In this document: positions 37,529-57,378 of the stretch, in pieces
Layout: every line of letters starts with the position of its first letter
Numbering within the stretch: the stretch's first letter is position 1
Source: the human T2T-CHM13v2.0 reference genome, Homo sapiens
Length of the DNA stretch: 64,000 bases
Assembly: GCF_009914755.1 (NCBI RefSeq)
Contig: NC_060945.1
Reading direction: 5' to 3' (one strand)
Program-made: the position numbers and the translations under genes
Notes under the pieces: generated by a model
Databases searched by the model: none
Seen by the model: the letters and a program-made list of their open reading frames with translations, nothing else
What the model was told of the DNA's origin: nothing

Positions 37529-39715
37529 TCAGGGCCTGATGGGAAGGCACTTTCGTCTGTGGGTGACCCATGCCCTGCTTCTCCTTTGCACGGTTTCTTT
37601 TTTTTTTGCTACGATAGATGCCTTTCCTCTCCTTCCTCAAATCTCACCTTCCCTTCATGTGGCTTCTGTCTGCCTTGGGGTACACCTAGCGGCCCGATTT
37701 GCACTGTGGGATCGAACCAGGGACTCCAGGGTCCCTGAGGCCCAGCACAAGGCCTGATGGGAAGACACTTTCGTCCATGTGGAGGACCCAGTCCCCGCTT
37801 CTCTGTGGCTGGGTTTTTTTTTCTCTGCCCCAGGTGCCTCACCTTCCCCTCTTGTGCCTTCTGCAAGCTTTGGGGTACCCCTAGCGGCCCAAGGCACACC
37901 CTGGGCTCGAACCATGGAAGCCAGGTTCCACAGGGTCAAGCGCAGTGGCTGATGATAAGACACGTTCTTCCTCGGGGACCCCGGCTCTGCTTCTCTGTTG
38001 CGTTTTTTTTTCTTTTCTTTTCCACAGGTGCCTCACTTTCCTGTCATGGGCTTTCTGCCCGCCTTGAGGTACCCCTATCCGGCCCGAGGCGCACCCTTGT
38101 TTTGAGCCAGGGATGCTAGGGTCTCCGGGGCCCAGTGTAGGGCTTATGGGTAGGGACGTTCGTCCATGGGGAACCCAGGCCCCACTTCTGGGTGGCGCAG
38201 TTTTTTATTTTGTTCTCTGCCCCAGGTGTCTCACCTTTCCCTCATGGGCCTTCTGTCTGTCTTGGGGTACCCCTAGCGGCCTGAATCGCACCCTGGTCTC
38301 GAACCAGGAATGCCAGGGTCCCCTGTGCCCAGCGCAAGGGCTTATGGGAAGACACTTTCGTCCGTTGGGGACCCAGGCTCCGCTTCTCCGTGGTGCAGTT
38401 TTTTTTTTTCTGCCACAGGTGCCTCACCTCTCCTTCCTCAAACCTCAACTGCCCCTCATGGGATTTTAGCCCCCCTTGTGGTACCCCTAGCAGGCCCGAG
38501 GCGCACCCGGGGCTTGAACCGGGGTCTCCAGCGTCCACGGTGCCCAGCTCAGGGACTGATGGGAAGGCACTTTTTTTCCATGGGAGACCCAGGCCCCACT
38601 TTTCCGTGGCTCGGTTTCTTTTTCTTTTCTGCCACAAGTGCCTCACCTCTCCTCCCTCACAGCTCACCTTCCTCTCATGGGCTTTCCACCGCGTTGGGGT
38701 ATCCCTAGTGGCCCGAGACTCTCCATGAGCTCCAACCAGGGACTCTAGGTTCCCCGGGGCCCAGCGCAGGGGCTGATGGGAAGGCACTTTCATCCGTGGG
38801 GTACCCAGGCCCCACCTCTCCGCGGTGCGGGTTTCTTTTTTTTCTTTTTCTGTGACAGGTTCCTCACTTCTCCTCCCTCAAAACTCACCTTCCCCTCACG
38901 GGTTTTGTGTCCCCAAAGCCCCCTTGGGGTGCACTTAGTGGCCGAGGCACACCCTGAGCTCGAACGAGGGACACCAGGGTCCTTGGGTCCCAGTGCAGGG
39001 ACTGATGGGAAGACACTTTCGTCTGTGGGGCACGCAGGCCGTGTTTCTCCGTGGTGAAGTTTTTTTTTCTCTGCCCTAGGTGCCTCACCTCCCCCTTAGG
39101 GGCTTTCTGCCCACCTTGGGTACCCCTACTGTCCCGAGGCGTACCTCAGGGTCAAACCAGGGACGCCAGGGTCCCCAGGGCCCAGCGAAGGGGCTGATGG
39201 GATGGCACTTTCATCCGTGGGGGACCCAGGCACTGCTTCTCGGCTGAGCATTTTTTTTTCTCTGCCTCAGGTGCCTCACCTTCCCCTCATGGACCTTTTC
39301 TTTGCTTTGTGGTACCCCAAGCTGTCCCGAGGCACACCCTGGGCTCGAACCAGGGTCGCCAGGGTCCACCAGGCCCAGCATAGGGCCTGATGGGAAGGCA
39401 CTTTCATCCGTGGGGGACCCAAGCCCCGCTTCTCTGAGACGCGGTCCTCTTTTTTTATTTTTTCTGCCCCTGGTGCCTCACCTCTCCTCCCACAAACTTC
39501 AACTTCCACTCACGGGCCTTCTGTCCAAGTTGGGGTACCCCTAGTCGCCTGAGGCACACCCCGGGTGTGAACCAGGGATGCCAGAGTCCCTGGGGCCCAG
39601 CGCAAGGTCTGATGGGAAAAAACTCTCGTCCCTGGATGACCCAGACACTGCTTCACGGCGCATTTTTTTTTCTTCTTTGCCCCAGGTGTCTCACCTTCCC
39701 CTCATGGGCCTTCTG
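37529..39715 (+). repeat. Gamma satellite II (GSATII) array, about 11 units of ~192-229 bp
   Basis: Recurring ggctgatgggaaggcactttc...gacccaggc...poly-T...caggtgcctcacc...ggggtacccctag; anchors near 37538, 37756, 37950, 38145, 38343, 38558, 38775, 39004, 39196, 39389, 39611. Confidence 0.85.
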
Positions 39716-40484
39716 CCTCTCTGCGCCTGCGCCGGCGCTGTGGGCCTCTCTGCGCCTGCGCCGGCGCTGTGGGCCTCTCTGCACCTGCCCCGGCGCTGTG
39801 GGCCTCTCTGCGCCTTTCGCCGGCGCTGTGCGCCTTTGCGAGGGCGGAGCTGCGTTCTTCCCAGCACAGCCAAGGAGAGCATCGCCAGGGCGGAGCTGAG
39901 TTCTCCTCTGCACAGACTTCAGATATACAGCGAAGGCGGAGCAGTGTTCTCCTCAGCACAGACCCAGGCGGGCCGGGGGCACCGCGAGGGCGGAGCTGCG
40001 TTCTGCTCAGCACAGACCCGGGGGACACCGCTAAGGCAGAGCAGCGTTCTCCTCAGCACAGACCTTTGGGGCACTGCCTCGCTTTGGGACAACTCGGGAC
40101 CGCATAGACGGTGAATAAAATCCTTCCCTTTTGCAGCCCTGAATAATCAGGGCCAGAGACCAGTTAGAAGGGCTCAGTGTGGAAAAGGGAAACCAAAAGC
40201 CCCTCTGAATCCTGCCAACCGAGGTTCTCCCAAGCCAAGCCGAGGCGGCCACAGTGCGAGATCCACACCGCAGCCTCGGAAGACAAATGCAGCATTCCTA
40301 ATGCAGACATGACACCCAAATTATGACACTCCCGTTGCTCATGTAACAAGCACCTGTAATGCTAATGCACTGCCTCAATACAAAAATATTAATATAAGAT
40401 CCACAATCCCCTTGCTGCCATGCAGTCCTAAGACAGAGATCATAATAATCTACATTGACATAGTACAAACGTAGTAACGAACCT
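39716..40484 (+). repeat. TAR1 telomere-associated repeat, including four 29-bp CpG repeats and five ~46-55-bp gggcggagctgcgttc repeats
   Basis: ctctctgcgcctgcgccggcgctgtgggc x4; ggcggagc..gttctcctcagcacagac x5; typical TAR1 body. Confidence 0.9.
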
Positions 40485-40752
40485 AGGGTTAAGGTTGGTG
40501 TTAGGGTTAGGGGTTAGGGGTTAAGTTTAGGGTTAGGGGTTGGAGATAGGGGTTGGGGTCAGAGTTAAGAGTTAAGAGTCAACGTTTAGAGTTAGAGGTT
40601 AAGAGAGGTTAGGGGTTAGGGATAAGGGGTTAGGGTTGTGGTTAGGGGTTAGGCTTAGGGGTTACGGTTAAGGGTTAGGGTTAGGGTCAGGGGTTAAGGG
40701 TCAGGGTCAGTGGTTAGGGATCAGGGTCAGGGGTCAGGGTCAGGTTCAGGGG
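40485..40752 (+). repeat. Degenerate interstitial telomeric repeat (TTAGGG/TTAGGGG/TCAGGG)
   Basis: Direct reading. Confidence 0.95.
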
Positions 40753-40754
40753 TC

Positions 40755-43312
<2,558 letters not shown>

Positions 43313-43499
43313 TGTGAGGAACAACCAAATTGTTTTCCACAGCAAGGGCATCATTTTCTATTCCTAGCAGCCAGATCATGAGGGCTCCAACTTCTCTACC
43401 TCCTTAGCAACATTTATTTTCTGTGTCATTGTTATGAAAGCCTTACTTGTGGGTGCAGAGTGGCATGAATGTAGTCAATTAACACGTTTATTACCTCAC

Positions 43500-44670
43500 A
43501 GAATCGTCACCTTTTTGTGTGCATGGGTGGGATAAGAAAACTTAACTCTATCCCCTGTGACGGAATAGTGGCCATTCCAGCTGCTCCAGGCTCCAGCTGA
43601 GGAAGACCAGGGTATGTGGCCCCACCAGGGTGACCCTCAGGCCTGGCGCTCACGCATTCCAGAGGCCACCCAAACCATGCTCCGCCATCTGGGCTCCCAA
43701 GCTGCCGTCGCCCTCTGTGTGCAGGCAGCAGCTGCCTGGCAACCCCCGAGCCCGCTCGCGCTCCTAGCATCACAGAAGCAGGGCCACGTGTCCCAGTGGC
43801 TGCAGCCAAGCCAGGCATTCTGCCCTGCGGCAGCAGCTGCACAGGAGCGAGAACTGAGAACCCACCGCTCAACCCCACACGAGGTGACTGCCGAGTGCCC
43901 ATACAAACGGCTCCGATCTCCCTCAGGTGGAGGAGTGGTCGGGAGGCACGGCCTGGGGGACCTCAGGCTGGGCGCGCTGGCGATCCCAAGGCCGACCAGG
44001 CCATGCACTTCCAGCCCGCCTGGGCACCCGAACTGCAGCTGCCTTCTGCGTGCAGGCAGCAGCCTCCAGGCAACTCCCGAGCTCGCCCACACTCCCCACA
44101 TCTCGGAAGCAGGGCCAAATGTCCCTGTGGCTGTGGCCAAGCCAGGCGGTCTGTCCTGCAGCAGCTGCACAGGGGCGGGAACCGGCCCTCAGCCCCATCC
44201 CCGGTGGCTGCAGAGGGCCCCTGGATAGAGATCTGGAGCTCTGACAGAGGAGGAGCCAGGCCGGGACAGGGTCTGGCAGGCTCTCAGGCCAGGGGCACCC
44301 GCGATCCAGAGGCGGCCCAGGGCATGCTCCACCACCTGGGCACCCAGCTACAGGCGCCGGGCGACTCCCAAGCTGGCTGGCGCGCCCAGCCTCGCAGAAC
44401 TGAGGCTAGATGTCGCCGTGGCTGTGACCAAGCCAGGCGGTCTGCCCAGGGGCGGCTGCACCGGGGCAGGAACCGACCCTCAGCCCCATCCCCGGTGGCT
44501 GCAGACGGCCCCTGGGGCGGCCCCGATCTCTCTTCTGAGGAGGAGAGGGGCAGGAGTCACGGCCAGGCGGGTCCTCAGGCGGGAAGGAATGCGCGCCTGC
44601 AATTCCGGGATGTCCCGCGCCAGCCCAGGAGAACCCGCAAGCCAGCGGCGCCTGTTTCTCTGTGTGATGC
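43500..44670. repeat. GC/CpG-rich island of ~290-330-bp degenerate repeats, family unassigned
   Basis: gtggctg...ccaagccaggc anchors at 43796, 44127, 44418; flanked by 152-bp direct repeats. Confidence 0.6.
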
Positions 44671-44672
44671 TT

Positions 44673-47070
44673 TGAGGAACCACCAAACTGTTTTCCACAG
44701 CAAGTGCATCATTTTCTATTCCTAGCAGCCAGTTCATGAGGGCTCCAGTTTCTCCACCTCCTTAGCAACATTGATTTTCTGTGTCGTTGTTATGAAAGCC
44801 TTACTAGTGGATGCAAAGTGGCATCTCATTTGGGTTTTGCCTTGCATTTTATTAATGAATAATGGTGTTTAGCATCTTTTCTTTTCCTTCTTAGACATTT
44901 GTGTATCTTCTTTGGAGAAATGTCTGTTCAAGTCCTTTGCCTATTTTTTTAATTGGGATCTTAGAAATTCTGTTGTTGAGTTGTGGGATATTAAGCTTTT
45001 ATCAGATACACATTTTGATTTTATCAGATACATATTTTCTCACATATTATGGGTTGTCTTTTCACTCCCTTGATAGTATCCTTTGATGCATAAAGGGTTT
45101 TTTATTTTGATTAAATCTAATTTTCGTGTATTTTCTTTTGTTATCTGTGTTTTTCTGTCATATTTCAAAATACACTTAAAACTCAAAGGTCATAAAGGTT
45201 TACCGTGTGTTTTCTTCTAAGAGTTACATATTTTTAGTCCTTACATTTAAGTCTTTTATTAATTTAGAATTAATTTTTGTATATACTGCAAGGTAGGGGT
45301 CTAACTTCTCTCTTGTACACTGACATCCAGCTGTTGAAGAGACTGTTCTTTCCTCCCTTGACTAGACTTGGCCACCTTGTTGAACAGTCATTGACCATAT
45401 ATGTGAGGACTAACTTGTAGGATCTCAAATCTGTTCTGTTGTATTGGTCTGAAAGTCTATTGGTCTTATTCCAGTACCACACTCTCTTGATTACTGTAGA
45501 TTTGTAGTAGGCTGTGAAACTGAAAAATGTGAGTTTTCCAATGTTCTTTTTCAAGACTGTTTTGTCTGTCAGATCCTTTGAATTTTTGTATGATTTTAGA
45601 ATGAGTTTCTTTGTTTCTGCAAAAATGCCTTTGGGATTTTGACGGTATTGCATTGAATCTGTAGATTACTTTAGATGGTATTGTCATCTTAACGATATTG
45701 TCTTACAACCCGTGAACACAGAATGTCTTTCCACTTATTTCCACTCTCTTTAGTTTTTTGCAGCAATGTTTTGTGTATACCACCATGGTTAGATTTATGC
45801 CTGAATAACGTATTCTTTGATGTCATTATAAATGGAATTTTTAAAATGTTTTCATAGTTCTTTACAACTATATAGAAATATAGCTCATTTGCCTATGTTT
45901 GTTTGCATCCTGCCTCTTTTATTAGTTATAATCGGTTTTGTGTTTTGTTTGGAGCTTTATACCTATAAGATCATGTGTAGATATAATTTTACACCTATTT
46001 TTTATTTCTAATTTAGATGCCTTTTATTTCTTTGTCTTGCCTAATTGCTCTGGCTAGAACTGCCAGTGCTACGTTGAATACAAGTGGCAAATGCACCATC
46101 CTTTTCTTCTAGATGTTAGGAAAACAGCTTTCAGTGTTTCATCATTGATCATGATATTAACTGTTGGGTTTTTGTACATCCCATTGTCATGTTGCAGAAG
46201 ATCCCTTCTATGCCTAGTTTATTGAGTATTTTTATTATAGAAGGGTGTTGTATTTCATCAATGTTTTCTCTGCAGCAATTGAAATAATCACGTGCTTATT
46301 CATTTTACTGTTACAGCATATTACACTGATTGATTTTTTATATGTTGAACCACCCTTGCATTTTGGGGATAAATCTCAAAGGGTGATAGTTTACAATCCT
46401 TTGATTATACAGTATTGCTGCTAGTATTTTGCTAGTATTGCTAGTATTTTGCTGAGATTTTTGCTTATATATTCATAGGGGATATAGTGCTGTATTTCTC
46501 TCTTTTGTGCTCTCTTTGTCTTTGGTATAAGGATAATGCTGTTATCAAAAAATGAATTAGCAAGTATTCCTTCTTCATATATTTTGTCAGAAGAGTTTGA
46601 GAAGAAATGGTATTAATTCTTCTTTAAATGTTAGGTTGACTCACCAGTTAATGCAGCTATTTGGTCATAAATGTTTCTTTGTTAATCGCTTTCGATTACT
46701 AATTCAGTCTCCTAGGTTATAGGTCTATTCAGATTTTCTCTTTCTTCTTGAGCCACTTTGGTAGTTTGTGTCTTTCTAGCGATTCATCCATTTCATCCAG
46801 GGCACCTAATTTGTTGCTAGACAGTTGTTCACAGTATACTCCTGTAATCCTTTTGTATTTCTGTAAAGTTGGTAGTAATGGCTCTGCTTTCATTTATTAT
46901 TTTAATAATTAGTCTTCCATCTTTTGCTCAGTCAATATAGTGAAAGGCTTGATCTTTCAAAGAATCTACATTTTTTCATTCTACTGCTCTCCAACCTTCT
47001 ATTTGATTGATTTATGCTCTAATTATGCTCTTTATTATTTCTTTCCTTCTGCTAGCTTTGGATTTAGTCT
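44673..47070 (-). mobile_element. L1M ORF2/3' region (antisense)
   Basis: Antisense ORF2 peptides YRFNAIP and YYKSTVIKRVWYW. Confidence 0.85.
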
Positions 47071-47272
47071 TCCACCTGGATTTATTTTGGGAGTGGTATT
47101 GATGTAACTTCCTGGAAATAATACTAGATAGAAAGTTAGCGGATAGATTCTCTATCTGATGAGAGTTTGGGGCAAGTCGAGTACCAGGTTACCAAGTTTT
47201 ATTTTTTTCTCTGACCCAAAAAACAATTTGGCAGCCGGTGAGAAACTCTCACAGCTCTGGATGTGAGTTTAG

Positions 47273-47476
<204 letters not shown>

Positions 47477-47579
47477 TGATATAATTGGGTAGAACTGGGT
47501 GGTAGATAAGGTTGATTTGTTTTTGTAGAACTTATAATTTTATGATTTGTAGTTCTAATGAGTAGATCTTTTTCTGGAA

Positions 47580-48060
47580 TAGTAGTTATGGTCAAACACT
47601 TCTAACCAAATGTGCCATGTTGTCCAGTCTGGTCTCAAAATATGGGGCTCAAGAGACCTGCCCACCTTGGCCTCCCAAAATACTGGGATTACAGGTGTAA
47701 GCCCCTGAATCTGGCCAGATATTTTTCTTTTTATGGCTGAATAATACTCTGTGTATGTATATATTACATTTTCTTTATCTATTCACCTACTGATGGGCAT
47801 TAGGTTTGGGCTACCTTTTGGCCACTGTGAATAATGCTGCTGTTAATCGGGTGTACAAATACCTGTTTGAGTCCCTGCTCTCAGTTCTTTTGGGTATATA
47901 CGCTTAAAGGGTGTTGATGGATCATATAATTCTATGCTTCATATTTTTAAGGAGCTGCTAAACCATTTTCCACAGTGGGCTGTACCATTTTACATTCCAA
48001 AAAGCAATGCATACAGCTTCCAATTTCTCTATAGCCTTGCTGACAGTTAATATTTTCTGT
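47580..48060 (-). mobile_element. Partial Alu plus L1MB fragment
   Basis: Alu left-arm antisense followed by tttatggctgaataatactc...ccattttccacagtgg. Confidence 0.75.
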
Positions 48061-48223
48061 TTATGTATTGTATTTTTACAGTGTTTGAAATTAATCTGAG
48101 GCTTTTTGCTGATACCAAAATATTAGGAAAGGTTTTCCAAAAATAATACTGCTTATTATAAAGGATTTTACATGTTACTTGATGCCCTGTGATCTGTTTT
48201 CTAAGTAAGAAGAGGAACTTCTT

Positions 48224-49071
<848 letters not shown>

Positions 49072-49290
49072 TGATCTAACTTATGGAAATAATACTAGAT
49101 AGTTAGCGGATGGATTCTGTATCTGATGAGAGTTTAGGGCAAAACGAATTCCTAGTTTCTGAGTCTTATTTTTCCCCTGATTCAAGAAAACTGTGAATTA
49201 TCCAGCCAGTAAAAAACTCTCACAGCTCCGGATGTGAGTTTAGGACACTGGATTTCTACCACTCATTTTCTTACTACTTTTCTTGTGCAA

Positions 49291-49409
49291 GGATCATGGC
49301 ACAAGTTGCAGTTTCCACCCTGCCCATTGAAGATGAGAAGTCTGTTGAAGATGAGGAGTCCTTGGAGAGCAGGATGGTGGTGAAATTCCCGTCAGCTCTC
49401 GACTCCATG
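49291..49409 (+). pseudogene. GTF2IP: GTF2I-family first coding exon relic, copy B
   Basis: ATG 49296 gives MAQVAVSTLPIEDEKSVEDEESLESRMVVKFPSALDSM; acceptor CAG changed to CAA, donor gtcaga. Confidence 0.88.
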
Positions 49410-49569
49410 GTCAGACCTTCTGTTCTCACATTCTGTAGTTCAGTAGGACTGGGCGGTAGATAAGGTTGATTTGTTTTTGTAGAACTTACAATTTTGTGAT
49501 TTTTAGTTCTAATGAGTAGAACTTTTTCGTGAATAGTAGTTACGTTCAAACACCTCTGACCAAATGTGC

Positions 49570-51055
<1,486 letters not shown>

Positions 51056-51057
51056 TT

Positions 51058-51497
<440 letters not shown>

Positions 51498-51504
51498 GTG
51501 TCCA

Positions 51505-51865
51505 GCAAACACAAGAGGTCTTTATAAGTGAAAGAGGGAGGTAAGAGAGTCCGAATTGAAGGAGATTTGATGATGGAAGCACAGGTCACAGAGGGAGATT
51601 CGAATATGCTTTGCTTCTGGCTTTGAAGATGCAGTTAGGAGCCATGAGCCAAAGAATAGCAGTGGCTTTAGCAACTGGGAAAGGCAAGGGAACATATTCT
51701 CTCCAGAACCTCCAGAAGGGATGCAGTCCTGCTGGCAACTTGATTTTAGCCTTAATAGACCTATTTTGGACTTCTGGCCCCCAGACCTCTTAGTTAGTAG
51801 ATTTGTGGTGTATTAAGCCACTCAATGTAGGGTAGTTTGTAACAGCAGCAAAAAGAAATGAACAT
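51505..51865 (+). mobile_element. MLT1 (MaLR) LTR fragment
   Basis: ctggctttgaagatg, gccatgagccaaagaa, ctccagaacctccagaagg, gtttgtaacagcagcaa. Confidence 0.8.
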
Positions 51866-51867
51866 GA

Positions 51868-52165
51868 AGCCAGAATTGGTGGCCCACACCTATAATTCCA
51901 GCTATTTAGGAGGCTGAGGCAGGATGGTTGCTTTGGCCCAGGAGTTCACGATAAGTCTGGGCAACAAAATGATACCCTGTCTACATGGAAAAAAAAAATT
52001 AGCGGGTGTGGTGGCATGCACTTGTAGTCTTAGGTACTAGAGGCCCTGAGACAGGACAATTTCTTGACCTAGGAGCTCCAGGTCTCAGTGCGTTGTGATC
52101 GTGCCATGGCACCCCAGTCTGAGTGACACAGCGAGATTATATCTTAGAAAAAAAAATAAAAAAGA
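51868..52165 (+). mobile_element. AluJ
   Basis: Diverged dimer. Confidence 0.85.
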
Positions 52166-52194
52166 AATGAGTGAGCATGGCAGGAATAGGGACA

Positions 52195-52700
52195 GATAGC
52201 AATATTAAATAGAGTGGTCAGGGTTGGCCTCCTAAGTGAAAATTGAGCAAAGACTTGAAGGAGGGGAAGGAGCTGACCAAGGTACTGAGGGAAGAGCATT
52301 ATAGGCAGAAACAACAGAATAAAGATGCTAAGAGGGAACTCCATGGTGTGTCTGAAGCTCAGGAAAGAGGTCTGTGGAGTAGAGAGAGGGAGAGAAGTAG
52401 GGAAGGAGGCCAGGGAGTTGTTGGACTCAGATCAGTACAGATTGTGTAAGCCCTGGGAGGCTACTGCTGGGGCTTTGGTTTTTATTCTGTCTGAGATGGG
52501 AGATGAGGAAGGGTTCTGAGCAGAGAGGTGACGCGAACTGTCTACTGATTTAAAAGCATCCCATGGCAGCTGAGTTGAGAAAGATTGTGGGAAGATTTGG
52601 GTAGAAGCAGGGAGGCCATGCTGTGGCAACCTCCAGGTGGGAGATGATAGTGGTTCTGACCAGGGCCCTGGCAATGGTGAGAGATGGTTGATTCTTGTTG
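52195..52700 (-). mobile_element. L2 fragment
   Basis: ttgagcaaagacttgaaggagg, gggaagagcattataggcaga, gagggttctgagcagagaggtgac. Confidence 0.7.
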
Positions 52701-52786
52701 AAATACTAAGTAATTAAAAAAAAAACACTACTGTTTTTCCCAATTATATGAAGTATGGGATGCTAGATTACAGAAATCTTAAGTCG

Positions 52787-53220
52787 GGCCAGGTGAAGTG
52801 GCTTATGCCCGTAGCTTCAGCACTTTGGGAGGCAGAGATGGGAGAATGGTTTGAGTCCAGGAGTTTGAGACCACCCTGGGCAACACAGCAAGACCTCCTG
52901 TCTATGCAAATAAAAATTAATAAAATATAATTATCCCGGCATAGTGGTATTTTCCTGTAGAACCTGTTACTTAGGTTGTTGAGGTGGGCAGATCTCTTGA
53001 GGGCGGGAGTTTGAGGCCAGCTTGGGCAACATAGCAAGGCTCCTCTTTCTACAAAAAAAAAAAATTAGTTGGGTGTTTTGGTGCTCATCTGTAGCCGTAG
53101 CTATGGTGAGGGTGAGGCAGGAGGATCCCCGGAGCCCAGGAGGTCACGGCTGCAGTTAGCTATGAGTGCACCCCTGCATTGCAGCCAGAGTGACAGAGTG
53201 AGACCCGTTCTCAGAATACA
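52787..53220 (+). mobile_element. AluJ-type cluster with three arm-like segments
   Basis: Left arm, second left-arm-like segment, right arm. Confidence 0.8.
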
Positions 53221-53682
53221 GATACAAGTAAAGAAATCTCAGCTCAGAGCAGTCTGTTTGTCACTATGCAGCCTTTTCAACCCCATAGCTGAGCGATTGG
53301 GTTTGTGTTGCTGGAGGTGAGGAGACCCGTGCCCAGGTGTTGTTGCCTGTCTAATCAGTTTATTTTAAAATATATTAATGAAATTTATTTCATCATACTT
53401 TATGGCCTCATACCTGAGTGGTTTTTTGAATTCTCCTTTGAATAGCTTGTAACTATTCAAACCTCTTATTGGTTCTATAATTAATTCTTTTTCTAATTAG
53501 CTTTTTAAAAATCAGAATTGATATTAGACTAATCAGTTATTAGTGAGGAGATGAAATTGAGTTGTTTGTACACTTTATCTAAGATAATGTTATATTGGCT
53601 AACTCAAATCAGTAGTTCAGCAAATGCAGAATCAGAGCTTCTTCAGCGCGGAACTCTCTTGTGGTTCTTGAAGATGCCATTT

Positions 53683-55290
<1,608 letters not shown>

Positions 55291-55294
55291 AAAA

Positions 55295-56412
55295 AAGAAA
55301 GTATACAATTGAGTGGTTTTTAGAATATTCAAGGAGCTGTGCATCCATCACCACAGTCTTTCTTAGAAGTGATTACCCACTTGTGAGTTACCCACTTATG
55401 AATGAGAAACCCTCACCTCTTAGCCGCTACCTCCTACGTACCCCATGTTCATAGGCAACCACTGATTTATTTTCTGTCATTGTAGTTTTGCCTAATCTGG
55501 ACCTTTTATAGAAATAGAATTGTACAATGTGTGATCTTTTGTAATTTGCTTTTTTTTTTCTCTTAGCAGAATGTTTTCAAATTTCTTTCATGTTATAGTG
55601 TGTATCAGGATTTCTTTCCTTTTGTAGCTGAGTAATAGTTTATGTTTATCCATTCATTAGTTGATGGACATTTGTGTTGTTTTTGCGTATTCACCATCAT
55701 GAGTCAGGCTGCTATGAACACTCGTACATAAGTTTTAGTGTGAACATATATTTTTATTTCTCTTGGATTTACACTCAGGAGTGAAATTGTTGCATTATGT
55801 GATTACTATACGTTTAGTCTTTGAGAAACTGCCACGTTGTTTTTCAAAGCGGTTACACTGGTCAGGCACAGTGGCTCACACCTTTAATCTCAGGTATTTG
55901 AGACGCTGAGTTTGGAGGATTTTCTTAGCTCGGGAGTTCAGGACAACCCTGGGCAACATAGGGAAACAATGTCTTGATTTTTTAAAAAAATCAAATGCCA
56001 AGAAAACACCCAAATTGATTACACCATTTTATGTTCCCACCAGTAATGTATGTGAGTTCCAATTATTCCAATTGTCACCAACTTTTTTTTTTGAGACAAA
56101 ATCTTGCTCTGTTGCCCAGGCTGGAGTGCAGTGACATGAACATGGCCAGTGCAGCTGTGACATTCCAGGCACAAGTGATCCTCTCACCTCAGCCTCCTAA
56201 GTAGCTGGGACTTACAGGTGCATGCTATCATGTGCAGCTGATTTTTACAATTTTTGGTAGAAATGGGGTGTTGTCATGTAGCCCAGGTTTGTGTCAAACT
56301 CCTGAGCTCAAGTGATCTGCCTGCTTCAGCTTCCGGAAGTGCTGAGATTACAGGTGTGTGCCACCATGCCCGACTGGTGTAACCACTTTGGAAAGCAGCC
56401 ACTGAGCCCGGC
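55295..56412 (-). mobile_element. L1MB 3' region with a FLAM (55860-55990) and an AluJ (56082-56412)
   Basis: gtatacaattgagtggtttttagaatattca...ataggcaaccactgatt...gttgatggacatttg. Confidence 0.78.
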
Positions 56413-57003
56413 CTTCACCAGTATACCAATATTTGTTAATATCGTTTTATTTTTTACTATTTTTCCATTTTTAAAAACTTATTCTTTTACCTGTATTATT
56501 GATTATAATAAACAACGAATAATTTTGCTGTAGAGTTGAGTCCCCCCAAAAAGTATTTATTGTTTAACTGAAGTAGTTTTTTTTTAACCTGGATATATAT
56601 TTTTTCATTTTCACTTTATTTTTAGTGTTCATTTTTAAAAATTATTTATATGTATTTTTATTTTAATAGGTGTTTGAGAAACAGGTGGTGTTTGGTTCCA
56701 TGAATAAGTTCTTCAGTGTTGATTTCTGAAATGTAGTACCCCTCATTACTTATTAAATTATATATTAAGTCATTATAAAATAATTAATAAACCAAGGACT
56801 TTAGTAAAATGGGAATTTTATTTTAACTTGCAACCTGGGACGTAACTGTCAAAAAAATTAGAGAAATTACCACATTAAGGTTTTAAAATCTTGACCTGAA
56901 AAATGAAAACCTTGGTGCACCTAAGAACCACCAGCCCACTGGTCAAAGTGAACAAAACTAAATGAAAAAATAAAACCAAGAAAACCAAACTCAGGATTAT
57001 TAG

Positions 57004-57378
<375 letters not shown>

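Noticed and set aside
37529-39715. CRISPR-like repeat-spacer array
   Set aside because: Eukaryotic tandem satellite; whole units are homologous, with no unique spacers or cas genes
43507-44737. 309-aa and 204-aa ORFs in the GC island as genes
   Set aside because: Long frames on both strands are expected from high GC; the 309-aa ORF has a non-ATG start and runs into L1
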